A stretch of 64,000 bases of DNA from NCBI GenBank assembly GCA_013239625.1, contig MU053934.1:9135352-9199351 (forward strand), read 5' to 3'. Source of the DNA: Lama guanicoe (Eukaryota). Of the stretch, positions 25,820-36,395 are shown piece by piece (the stretch's first letter is position 1; every line of letters begins with the position of its first letter). The notes under the pieces are model-generated. The model saw only the letters and a list, made by a program, of their open reading frames with translations, made no database searches and was not told where the DNA came from. Made by a program: the position numbers and the translations under genes.

Positions 25820-28800
25820 TTTTTTAAAAGTGAGATTTAACACATTTACAGTAAAGTGCATAAATCTTAAGTGTGCAGCTTGAAGAATGTTTATATTTGT
25901 CTATATCCACGTAATTACCACCCAGATGTAGAATGTTTCCAGTATCTGGAAAACTCCCCCATGGCCCTTCCCTGTCAGTGCCCAGCCTGCCAGAGGCAAC
26001 CACTATCGTGACTCCTGTCACAGTTTTGCTTATTCTTGAACTGCAGGTAAATGGAGTGATGTTATGTGTACTTTTCTGTGTCTTCCTGCTTTTATTCAAT
26101 GTTATGTCTATGCGATGTGTCCATATTACCAGTATATCAGCAGTTCATCTTTTTCATTGCTGTGTAGTGTTCCACTGTATGAATAAACTACAATTTATTT
26201 ATCATAGGGCAGCTGTGTGCTTCCCTGTCCACGTCTTTTGGTGGACACATGCACCCATTTCTTTCGGGTATATGTTTAGGAGTGGAATCGCTGGTTTATA
26301 GTGCAGGCCAAAACGGTTGTACCAACTCACAGTACTATATGGGAGTTTCATTTATTCCACATCCTTTCCAACACTGGCACTGTGGTCATTTTCATTTTAG
26401 CCATTCCAGTTGGCTATATGACTTGGAGTACTTTCATTTTTTTCACAACTGTAATTTTGATTTTTTAGTTGCCACATTTACAAAAGTAAAAAGAAGTGGT
26501 TGGAATGAATTTTAATATGCTTTATTTAACCCAATATAGCCAACATATTGTCACTTGAACATACGATCAGTACAAAAATTATTGAGATATTTTATATCCT
26601 GGGTGTTTTTTTTTTTTTTTTGGTACTGTCTTCAAAACCAAGTGTGTATTTTACATTTATAGCACATCTCAGGTTGAACCAGGCACATTTCCACATGTAG
26701 CTAGTGGCTTCTGTGTTAGACAGTGAGTGACTTCGAGTACTTTCTTAACCTTAATGAGTTGTATCTCTGCAGTTTTAACTTAAATTTTTCTTTTCATGTC
26801 TCACAATAGGGAGCTCTTTTTATTATTCTGTCTGGTCATTTGGATATCCTCTTTTGTGGTGTCTCTTCAAGTCTTTGGCCCATTTTCAATGAAGTTGCTC
26901 ATCTCTTTAAGCTGACTTGTAAAGTTTCTTTATATATTCCGGGTATGAGTCCTTTATTGGACATATGTAATGTGAACATCTTCTCCCAGCCTGGAGTTTA
27001 CAGTTTTTACTCACTGTTAGTTTCCCTTGATAAACAGAAGTTCTTAATTTTTATAAAGTCCAATTAATCAAACCATTCTCTCATAGTTAATGGCTTCTAT
27101 GTCCTATTTAAGAAAGCTTTGCTTATCTGAAAATCATGAAGACATTTTCCTCTTTTTTTTGGAAGCTTTATTGTTTTACCTTTCTCATTAGAAATATGGT
27201 TCATCTTGAATTAATATTTTTGCATGCTGTGAAGTAGGGGTCAAGAGTCACTTTCTTTCCACATGAATATCCAATTTAGCATCTTGATTGACTAGACCAT
27301 CCCTTCCTCTGTGTCTTGCTTAAGTGCCTTTGTTGTAAATTAAGTGGCCATATACATGTGGGTCTGTTTCTATTCCATTGGTCTATGTCTACTTTAATAG
27401 CAATATCACACTGTTTAATTACCATTGCTTCATCATGGTTGCTTTATGATGAGCCTTGATATTTACTAGGGTAAGTCTCCCAACTTTGTTCTTCTTCAAA
27501 TTTTCCTGGTTATTCTTGGTTCTTTGAAATTTCATTTAAATCAGTTTGTCAATATCCATTACAAAATCACTGCTGCAGTTTTGACTGACATTACACTGAA
27601 TCTATAAATCAATTTGGAAGACTTGACACTATAACCATATTGAACTTTCCAATCCATGAATGTGGTATATCTCTCTATTCATTTCAGTCTTCTTTAATCT
27701 CCCTTAGAAATGTTTGTAGTTTTCAGTGTGGGTCTCACACAACTTTCAAAAGATTTATTCCTAACTATCTTGTGTTTTTATGCTGTTGCAAATTTTTAAA
27801 TTTTTATTTTCTTGTTGTTTGTTGCTAGTATATAGAAATAAACTTAATTTCATATACTGACATTCTATCCATTGATCTTGCTAAATTCATTTATTAATTC
27901 TAATAGTTTGTACATTCTTTTGGATCTTCTATATATAGAATCATGTCATCTGAAAATAGAAACAGTTTTACTTTCTTCCTTTCCAATCTTTGCAGCTTTT
28001 TTTCTTGCCTTATTGCACTGGCTGGATTTCCAATACCGTATTGAACAGAAGTGGTAATAGTAGACAACAAGAGGAAAGTGATTAATAGTTTTACTTACAT
28101 TAACAGTAGGGTTTTTAATATATAGCCTCTATAGATTAAGAAAGTTTTAAAAAAATTCTTAATTGATGGACAGTTTTTATTATGAATAAACATTTAATTT
28201 TATCAAATGTTTTTCTGCATCAAATGGCATAACCATATATTTTTCTCCTTTATTCTGCTACTGGGGCAAATGACACTGATTTTCAAAGGTTAAACCAACC
28301 TTGCATTTCTGAAATAAACTCTACTTGTCATAAAGTATTAACCTTTTAATATGTCTCTGTATTTGATTTTGTTTTGTTTAGAATTTACCTGTATTCATGA
28401 AAGATATAAGCCTGCAAATTTTTTTGTTTATTGTCCTTGTCAAATTTTAATATCAGAGTTTTGCTGGCCTCATTAAATGAATTGGGAGGTGTCTTTTTTT
28501 CTGTTCAGTATAAGATTTTGTGCAGGATTAGTATTATTTCTTCCTTAAACATTTGGAAAATTAACAGTGAAGCCACCTGAATCTGAAGTTTTCTTTGTGT
28601 GCTTTTCAATCACAGATTTTATTGTTTTTAACAGTGTAGGATTCTTTGGATTCTCTGTTTTTTCTTGTATTAGTTTTGCTTAATTGTGGTTTTTAAAGAA
28701 TGTGTCCTTTTCATCCAGGTTGTCACTTTTATTGGCATAAGGTTGTTCATAATGTCCTTTTATTACATTTAACATGTCATTGGGATCTCTAGTGATAGCC

Positions 28801-29260
28801 CCTTCTAATTTCTGTTATTGGATGAAAAAAAAGTGGGGGCCATTTCTTTCTGATTTTTCCTTGATCAATCTTGATGGGATTATCAAATTATATTCATCTT
28901 TTCAAACATCTAACTTGGCTTCAACCTTCTTAGTTTCTAATTAATGCATTTAAAACTAAGCATTTCCACTCAGGTGGTTTTCTCACATAAGTTTCAATCT
29001 GTTTGTTTTCATTATCATTCAGTTCAAAGTATTTTCTAATTTCCATTGTGATTTCTTCCCTGACCCATGAGTTATTCAGAAGTGTGTTGCTTAATTTCCA
29101 AACACTTGGGGACTCTCCCATTATCTTTCTGTTATTCATTTCTTGTTTAATTGCACTGTGGTCAGAGAACAGGGTGATTTCAGCCCTTTGAAGTCTGCTA
29201 AGACTTGCTCTAGGGCCCAGCATATGGTCTGTTTTGGTAAATGTTCCATGGTTCCATTGA
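25820..29260 (-). mobile_element. Long decayed LINE-1 (L1M), 3'UTR through ORF2 endonuclease remnant
   Basis: T-rich antisense L1 sequence. ORF 28930-29304(-) contains HGTFTKTDHMLG...SDHSAIKQE...WKLSNTLLNNSWVREEI, homologous to the ORF2p endonuclease C-terminus. Confidence 0.88.
26446..26727. mobile_element. MER33-like hAT-Charlie MITE fragment nested in the L1
   Basis: GTAATTTT..TAGTTGCCACATT..AAAAGTAAAAAGAA..TTTATTTAACCCAATAT..GTGTGTATTTTACA..AGCACATCTC..CACATGTAGCTAGTGGCT..GACAG matches the recalled MER33 consensus. The left terminus is missing. Confidence 0.75.
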
Positions 29261-30309
29261 TTCCTTCTCTGCCCTGGTGCCAGGCATATTATGCATTTCA
29301 GCACTTAACAACTCATTATTGCTTTCAGTAGTTGATATTTTTGTATCTTTACCTCATTCCTGCCTGCAGTTTGGAGCTTCCATCTGGGGTCCCTGTCCTT
29401 CAGCCTGAAGAACTTCCTGTGGGAGTCCTTGTCATGTTGACTTGCTGGTAACTAACTCTCAGCTTCTGTTTGAAGGGATTTGGCTTTGGCTTGCATCTCT
29501 GCAGAATATCTTCTTCAAAAAGGTGGGCAGGGTTTTGGGTTCTTTTTCTCTCAGCAATTTAAAGATGTTATTCCATTTTCTCCTGGACTCCAAAAATGTG
29601 AAATGCTTCACGAATCTGCATCTCAGCCTTAGGGGCGGTGCCATCTTCCACGTTGTCAGTCTGGTTTTCATGTAGGCACTGCAAAACAAGTATATAACAT
29701 AGTTTTTCAAACATTTATACTTGTCCTTAAAAAAAAGTTTTTCCTTCCATCTCCTCAGCTGGTTCCCTCCTTTCAGAAAGGAGCAGATGGAGTCCCCCAC
29801 ACCCTCTGGGTGCGTCTTATTTGGGAGCGGGACTTCCAAAAGGGCTCCAGTAAATGATGCCCTCTTCCTTCTCTCAGATTCTGAGGAGGCTAAGGAGAAA
29901 AACAAGCAATGGCAGTTGTGGAGCTAAGTAGCCCGTATACTTTGGACACAGGGGTCCCAAGTCAAGGGTGGAGGTGGGTATTTGGAACAGGGACACTGGC
30001 TCCCACTGAGGGAGGGCCCCCCACATGCCTAACCCCAGGCTGGGCATGTCTCACACACTTTCTCAGCCAACCCACAGCCCATCCCCTGAAGCAAGTGATA
30101 GTAAGTCCACCCCACAGACAGGGGACCAAAGTTCTAAGACTCGGGGCTGTTCCCACCAGACTTGTAAGTAGGATTCAAATCCTGGCTGGTCCCAGCTGAA
30201 TAAGGTTTTAAAGGTGGGTTGGGTTCTCAGTTCCCAACATGGTGCCTCATGTGGTGGGTTTATTGAACACAGTAGAATATATTATACACTTACATTTATG
30301 AAATAATGG

Positions 30310-30730
30310 CACCAGACCACCCTCTCCTTTGCTCACAATACTCTGCCTACATTGGCCTCTTTTCAGTCCCTCAAATATTCCAAACTCTTTCCCACTTTGG
30401 AGTCCCGTATGCTGTTCCCTTGGTTAACATGCTTGTCCCAGCCCTGTTCACCTAGCTAAGTCCCACTCCTGTGGGTCTTCATTTAAATGTTCCTTGTCAG
30501 TCACCCATTTCAACCCTTCTCCCCGTTTAAATCAGGTCCCCTTTATAACCTTGTATCACCCCCTTTCATTCTTTTCTTTCTAGACTCTACCATACTTTGT
30601 GGTCATATAATGAGTCTTCTTGTTATTTATGTAACCTTGAAGTATATAGGTGTCGCCTCCTTTAGACCCTACGCTTCTCGAAGACAGAGGCACAGCTGTT
30701 GGTTGCTGGCCGTGCTCCCCGCCCCGAGCC
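30310..30730. mobile_element. LINE-2 fragment
   Basis: CTCTGC..CATTGGCCTCTTTTCAGTCCCTCAAA..GCTGTTCCCT..TTTAAATGT, typical of L2. Confidence 0.55.
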
Positions 30731-32819
30731 CAGCACTGGGCACTGTTGGTGTTGGTCCTCCTCCTCCTCTGTCCTGGTCACAACTCTCCTCTTCCTCCTC
30801 CCGCTTGTTTCTCTCCTTCCCTTGCATCTTGGTTCTAGTGCAGACAAGCCAGGGAGTTTTCTGGGTGCTGCAAAGGTGAGCGGAGACGCTCCCTGGCGTG
30901 ACTATACCGGCTGGAGCGCAGCGGGCAACGGGCAGCCCGGCCGGATGTCGTGTGGGCCTGAGTCATCTTTGGCAAAGGCTGCTGGCTCCAGGATGGAGCA
31001 TGTGTCTGAGAAATAGCTTTTTGAACAAGGGCGGGGGTGCAGGTGGGCGTGGTCACCAGGTAAAGAAGTCTGGAGGTTACCAGAGTTGAGGAATTTCTGT
31101 GCCAAATAAGGAATGGGTTTCCAAGAAGCTGAGGCGAAAACCCCATCAGGTTAGAATACTTTTGCCCCGTTTTGCCCTGTTTTGTTTGTATTAAGCCCTG
31201 TCATCACAACTGGATTTGGCTCCTTTGGACACAGGATTCTGTTACCTTTTTCTTTGGTCTCCCACAAAACCCCCAGCCCAGTGCTGGGCCCAGCAAGCAC
31301 CCAGCAGACCAGCCTGTATCACATCCCGAGCGCTCCCAGTGATCTTGGTCGCGGGGGCAACTGCAGCCGCTTTGAGCCAGGAATTGGCTGACATCAGGTA
31401 CATCCGCTCTCATCCCCATGACAAAGCCCTGGTCTCTCTAATTTCTCTGACAAATGAGGAAACTGAGGCCCAGGCCTTGCCTCATTCACACGTTTAGTAA
31501 GAGGAAGATTCCAGATGCTGACCTCGGTCTGAGCACAGCCCAGGCCTCTTGACTTTGGGTGGAGATATAAGTAGGGAAGAAAAAAAAAAGCAAAAGTCTC
31601 TAACGGCATTAAAAACAATCACTGAAGGTACTGAGATGCAAGTTTTAAAAATTCCATACCCTTCCTTACAAAGCCCTGGGCTTGCTGGCAGGATGAGGTC
31701 ATGGCCAAGTTCACAAAGCTGGGTTTTTCCACCGCGTAGGCTGCCTGCCCAGCAGCCAGAGCGGCTTATTTATCTGCAAGTGCATCGGGCCTGGTTTCAC
31801 GGGGAGGGAGTGGAGTCCAGGCTTTGCTTATCTGGGTGGGTCTTACTCTTGAATTCCTTTCCAGGGACTGGATAGAACAAAACAAAACCCCAAACCTCGA
31901 ATGAAATGGGATATAACAAATCAATGAAAATACTGTAGGCAGGCATGTTTGCGTCTGTAAAATACTTCCAGAGACCCAGGCAGTTCCTGACCCGCACGCC
32001 TGGCGTGCCGCCTGGCAGGGGTACCGTGGTTTTGTCTCCTCGCCTGAGCCTGAAAGGGGCTCAGGAAACACCGAGAAAGACTCAGTGGAGATCCAGCTCA
32101 CGGACTCACGCCAGCAAAACAGCCTTGTGGCAGTCATGCTGTGGCTGCTTCAAGTCTGGTAATCAGCCTTTGTGGCAGGAGTAAGAGACTAAGCAAGAAA
32201 AGGAAAAGAAGATCCTGATCTGTGGTGGCGTGCGTCGCTGTGGCGACAGCATTCTGGGCTCCGCGCGACACACCCCGAAGGGGGATTTTCTGTGCAGCCC
32301 TAAAGATTCCTTTTTCCGTTTTTGTTTCTGGGGATGCTAGTGTTGCTACTTGAGGCACATGAGAAAAAGTCACAGCATCTCTCTGGGGAGATAGAAGCTA
32401 TGCCATTTAAAAACGGCTCCAGCACATAACCTGCCAATGTAGGGCAGGCTCTTACCTGGCAGTTTTGTGGGTCTGGACAAGTCATTTCAGCTCTCCAAGC
32501 CCATGTCCTGGTGCATAAAGTAGGAATAATAACAGGGTGGGGACCCGCCTTGTGCTGCAGGTGGGCCCTCGCCCGGCACTGCGTCGGGCACCCTGAGCGG
32601 GGCTGGTTACCTTTATCTGCGGTCACGGCTGCTGTCACACTGTGTTCCGTGCTCCCGCATTTGGATTATGGATATGGGTCTGACCAGAGTTTTTTTGGAG
32701 AATCCACTAGATTCTGGGCAAGGTGTGGGCAGGACAATGACATCACTGGGAAGCTAAGTGACTTGACCGAGGTCACAGAGCTCATAAGAAGCTGAGCTGG
32801 AATTAAAAGGCACAATTTC

Positions 32820-32990
32820 TTTCTTTCTTTTCTTTTTTTTTAAACCAGGCTTTTAGACATTTATTATTTATTTATTGGGGGGAGATGTCATTTATGTATT
32901 TTTTTTTTTAATGGAGGTACTGGGGATGGAACCCAGGACCTCGTGCATGCTAACTAAGCCCATGCTCTACCACTTGAGCTGTACTGTACC
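32820..32990 (-). mobile_element. tRNA-derived camelid SINE (Vic-1-like)
   Basis: GAGGTACTGGGGATGGAACCCAGGACCTCGTGCATGCTAA..CTCTACCACTTGAGCT, with T-rich tail. Confidence 0.85.
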
Positions 32991-32994
32991 CGGA

Positions 32995-33137
32995 ATTTTT
33001 TTCTTTTTTTTAAAAAAAATTTGGGGTGGGGGCTACTAGGTTATTTATTTGTTTATTTATACGGAGGTACTGGGGATTGAACTCGGGACCTCACACATGC
33101 TAAGCACGTGCTGGACCACTGAGCTATTCCCTTCCCA
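32995..33137 (-). mobile_element. Second, adjacent camelid SINE (Vic-1-like)
   Basis: GAGGTACTGGGGATTGAACTCGGGACCTCACACATGCTAAGCACGTGC..CCACTGAGCTA. Confidence 0.85.
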
Positions 33138-35029
33138 CTACCCCCAGACTTTCCTTTTATTTCTTTCTTTCTTTGTGCTTAAACCCCCTTCCCCTTCCCT
33201 CCCCAGCAAAAAGTGTCAGTGAGTTCAGCTTTTTGCAGGGGGACCTTTTATACTCAATTTGTCAGAGGAGGAGTTGTTGTAAGGGCTTCTCTCCCCCTGC
33301 CTCCCCTCCCCTAGATCCTCCTGTCAGAGTCCGGATGATGCAGAAATTCTAGGATGTTCACTCTCGTGGTCAGGCAGGCTGCATCTAACTAGCCTGGCCA
33401 GGTAAGGGTTAATTAGAATTTCTTCACTTAACCTCCAATTACTCCCTCGTAGCTGACTGCCCAGTCCACACTCTGTTAGTTTTGTAACGTACTCATACCG
33501 CCTCTGAGGGTCCGCAGGGAAAGCTGAGCCATTCATAATAACTAGAGGGGAAAGCGTGACATTCTTGGCTTAAAGGGGCCTGAGGTTTATTTGTGGGCTT
33601 GTTAACCACATTTTGCCCTTGCCTTTCATCACTGGTTACCCCAATTAAGCCGTGAAATAGCTTAAAAATTCACATCTCTGACATAGATTGCAGGGGTGAG
33701 CATGGTGGACGTATTCAGCGAGTGTGTCTTCAGCCAAGGATTTTAACTCAATCAGATTTTAGTTCAATCAGATGCACCTGTTTTTAAAGATTTTTATAAA
33801 AGAGAAAGCAGAGGAATGGAGTGAAATGCACATGAGGCTGGTGAGAGCTGACCTGAGAAGTGCCCACCTGGGACCCACGCAGGAGGTAGGGACGACAGGA
33901 CTTGTGAGTCAGCACAGGTGTGTGGAGTGTCTGGCATGGAGCAGGGACCCCCAGAGCATAAAGACAGGCGATTGATGTCCCCGGGCCTGAGGATTACACG
34001 TGCTCAGTGCTTCCTACACATCGTCCACAAGAACCCCACGGCCAGCACGGCTGGGGTGGGGGTGGAGGGGCAGGATTAATAAGAACGGGGTTCACCATGT
34101 CGGACCAGGGATGCACATCTCTGAGGTGGCCAGGAGAGATCGAGGGGACCTGGGGCGTGCGTAAAGGTCGCCAAGACCTTGTGGAGAAACAGACAAAGCA
34201 AGCAGGAGGAAACCGCAGATTGCGCCCCCTCAGGGGGCCGAGAGCCCAGCTGGAGCTGGACCAGGAGATGCTGGGGTCTCCCTGACAGCCGGTGAGCGAG
34301 TGAGCCAGCCAGCTGGCTCTCGGTTGCTCTGGCAACACAGGCGCTTAGGTTCAGAGAATTATCATGAAAAAGCCACATGCAAATGAGGCAAATTGCAATT
34401 AGGAGGAACCAGGCCTGGTCTGGCCTTGAGGGGCTGATGTCTGGGAGGGATTCATGCTGTAGACAAAGAACAAAATCGAGAAAGGAAGAACTCACATTGT
34501 GTGAGAGCCGCCCACAGGCCTGGGGCGCCCCTGCAATCCTGCCCAGACTCCCATTAACCTCTCGGGGTTCAGACAAAGAAAGAGCGCACGTCCTGGTGGG
34601 GGGCCCTGTGGCCGCCCCAGGCCAGGTGGTGCCCTTACTCCGGAGACCAGAGCCAGTGGGCTCCGCTGCTCAAAGACTCCAATTCTCTCCTTCCCACAGA
34701 CGAGAAAACAGAGGCTTAGAGAGCGGCTCGCCCATGCTGGCCGAGGGGGAAGCAGGTTTGATCGCTAGGTCTCTCCTAGACAGGTTTAAAAGCCTGTTCC
34801 TAGAACAGTCAGCCACCTCCTCCCGAAAACCCCGGGGGTGGGGTTGGGCCATACCCTCCCCGCAACATTCTTCCCTGAAGACCAGCCTCACATGTTCTGG
34901 CGTTAGGGAACCGCTACCTGCTACCCACCTAGTCATCCAAACCGAAACCCACCGGGGCAGCTTGCCCACCTGTCCGGGCCCCAAGGCAGCTCCATCTATG
35001 CCTCAAACATGGACCATGGACTTCAAGGA

Positions 35030-35240
35030 AAGCCTGAGACACTGGAGACTGAAAGAAACAGAGAATGAAGGGAATGGGCCAGAGCAAAAACAACAACAAA
35101 AAAGACCACAAAAACCTCTAATTCTGGTCCTTAGAGAGATGGGAGAAGGTACTGCGTTCATCAAACTGGGAGAGAGAGCAATGTTCTGAGAACAGGAGAG
35201 AGAGACCGTCTCCAGCAATGAACAGAGCAAGAAGAAAAGG
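35030..35240 (+). mobile_element. Ancient L1ME/HAL1-like ORF1 fragment
   Basis: CTAATTCTGGTCCTTAGAGAGATGGGAGAAGGTACTGCGTTCATCAAAC resembles old L1/HAL1 ORF1 coiled-coil sequence (ILREIREDIASMKQ-like). Confidence 0.5.
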
Positions 35241-35256
35241 AGTGAGTGTGTCTGCT

Positions 35257-35293
35257 GGAGGCGGCGGCGGCGGCGGAGGAGGAGGAGGAGGAG
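35257..35293. repeat. Compound trinucleotide repeat (GGC)5(GGA)6
   Basis: GGAGGCGGCGGCGGCGGCGGAGGAGGAGGAGGAGGAG. Confidence 0.9.
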
Positions 35294-36273
35294 CAAGGGG
35301 TGGGGAGGAGGTTGTTCTAAGCAGAGGAAGGTGCCTCGAGCCAGGGGGTCTGGGCACTGCCATGAGGTCCTTGGCAACCTACCAGCCGACCGGGTCCTGA
35401 GACCAGACCTGACCCAGTCCTGCAGCATCACGTACCCCAACCCCAACCCGAAAAGTGCCCAATCTGTCCTTTTCCCCACAGATCATGGGCAAGTTGTCTA
35501 ATTTTCCTCTGGCTAACCCCGCCTTGAAAGTGAATCACTTTATCCCCCAGAACAGGCGATGGAAAAAGACAGGCATGTGTTCAGGTTCGAAGTCTGCCTT
35601 CCCTTCCGTGGGGGGCAGGGGTGGGAAGGGCGGGGCGCCCGTGGTTGTATTCCTGACTGATAGCCTGGGATTCCCACCTCACCGCAAACCGCCCGACAAG
35701 AAGGCGCTTCTATTGTTTTGTCTCAAGAAGCCACCTTAGGGTGTGTAGTTCAGGGTCGACCCTGGGAAGTATTAGTCATGGAAGCCAAGACCTGATGAGG
35801 GCCTGGGCTGATAAACGCCTCAGGCCTGAGAGGCAGCCAGCTAATCAGTGCCTCCCAGGAGCCGGACCCGACTCCCACTGAGTCAGGCTACGCTGGAGAA
35901 GTGCCGTCATCAGGAGCCGCCTGGCCCGACACCCACCTGGTCACCGGCGTGAAGGTGGAAGGGAGAGCGAAAGTCCTACAACACAGATAGCTGACGGGGA
36001 AACTGAGGCACAGAGAGGCTGCAGCGCGGAGCTGGGGTCACACGGCCATAGCAGCACTGGTGTGTGGCAGGGTGGCCAGGCCAGACTCTCCCCTTCACCC
36101 CCAGGCTCTAGGGCCCCTCAATACTTTTAAAAATACATGTTCTTAGACGGGGTTTAATCAAGACACTATATTCTGAAACCACCTGCTCTGTTTACATTGG
36201 CTCTTCCTTTGTTTAAATGTCTGTCTGAAGTTTGCAGAAGTGGGTCTTCAAGAAAAAAAGACAAGATTCCCCA

Positions 36274-36395
36274 GGGAAAGCTATGGGCAGCTCAGTGGTG
36301 GAGCGTGTGCTTCGTGAGCATGCGCGAGGTCCTGGGTGCAGTTCCCCGGTACCTCCATTTAAAAAAAGAGAGAGAGAGAAAGAAGAAAAAGAAAA
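36274..36395 (+). mobile_element. tRNA-derived camelid SINE (Vic-1-like)
   Basis: A-box AGCTCAGTGGTGGAGC, degenerate B-box GGGTGCAGTTCCC, GTACCTCCATTT, AG-rich tail. Confidence 0.8.

Noticed and set aside
28930..29304. ORF with endonuclease-like motifs
   Set aside because: Decayed L1 ORF2 remnant surrounded by stops and frameshifts, not a functional gene.
34377..35189. Longest ORF in the window (270 aa)
   Set aside because: No recognisable domain, GC-rich, and its 3' end runs into an ancient L1/HAL1 ORF1-like remnant.
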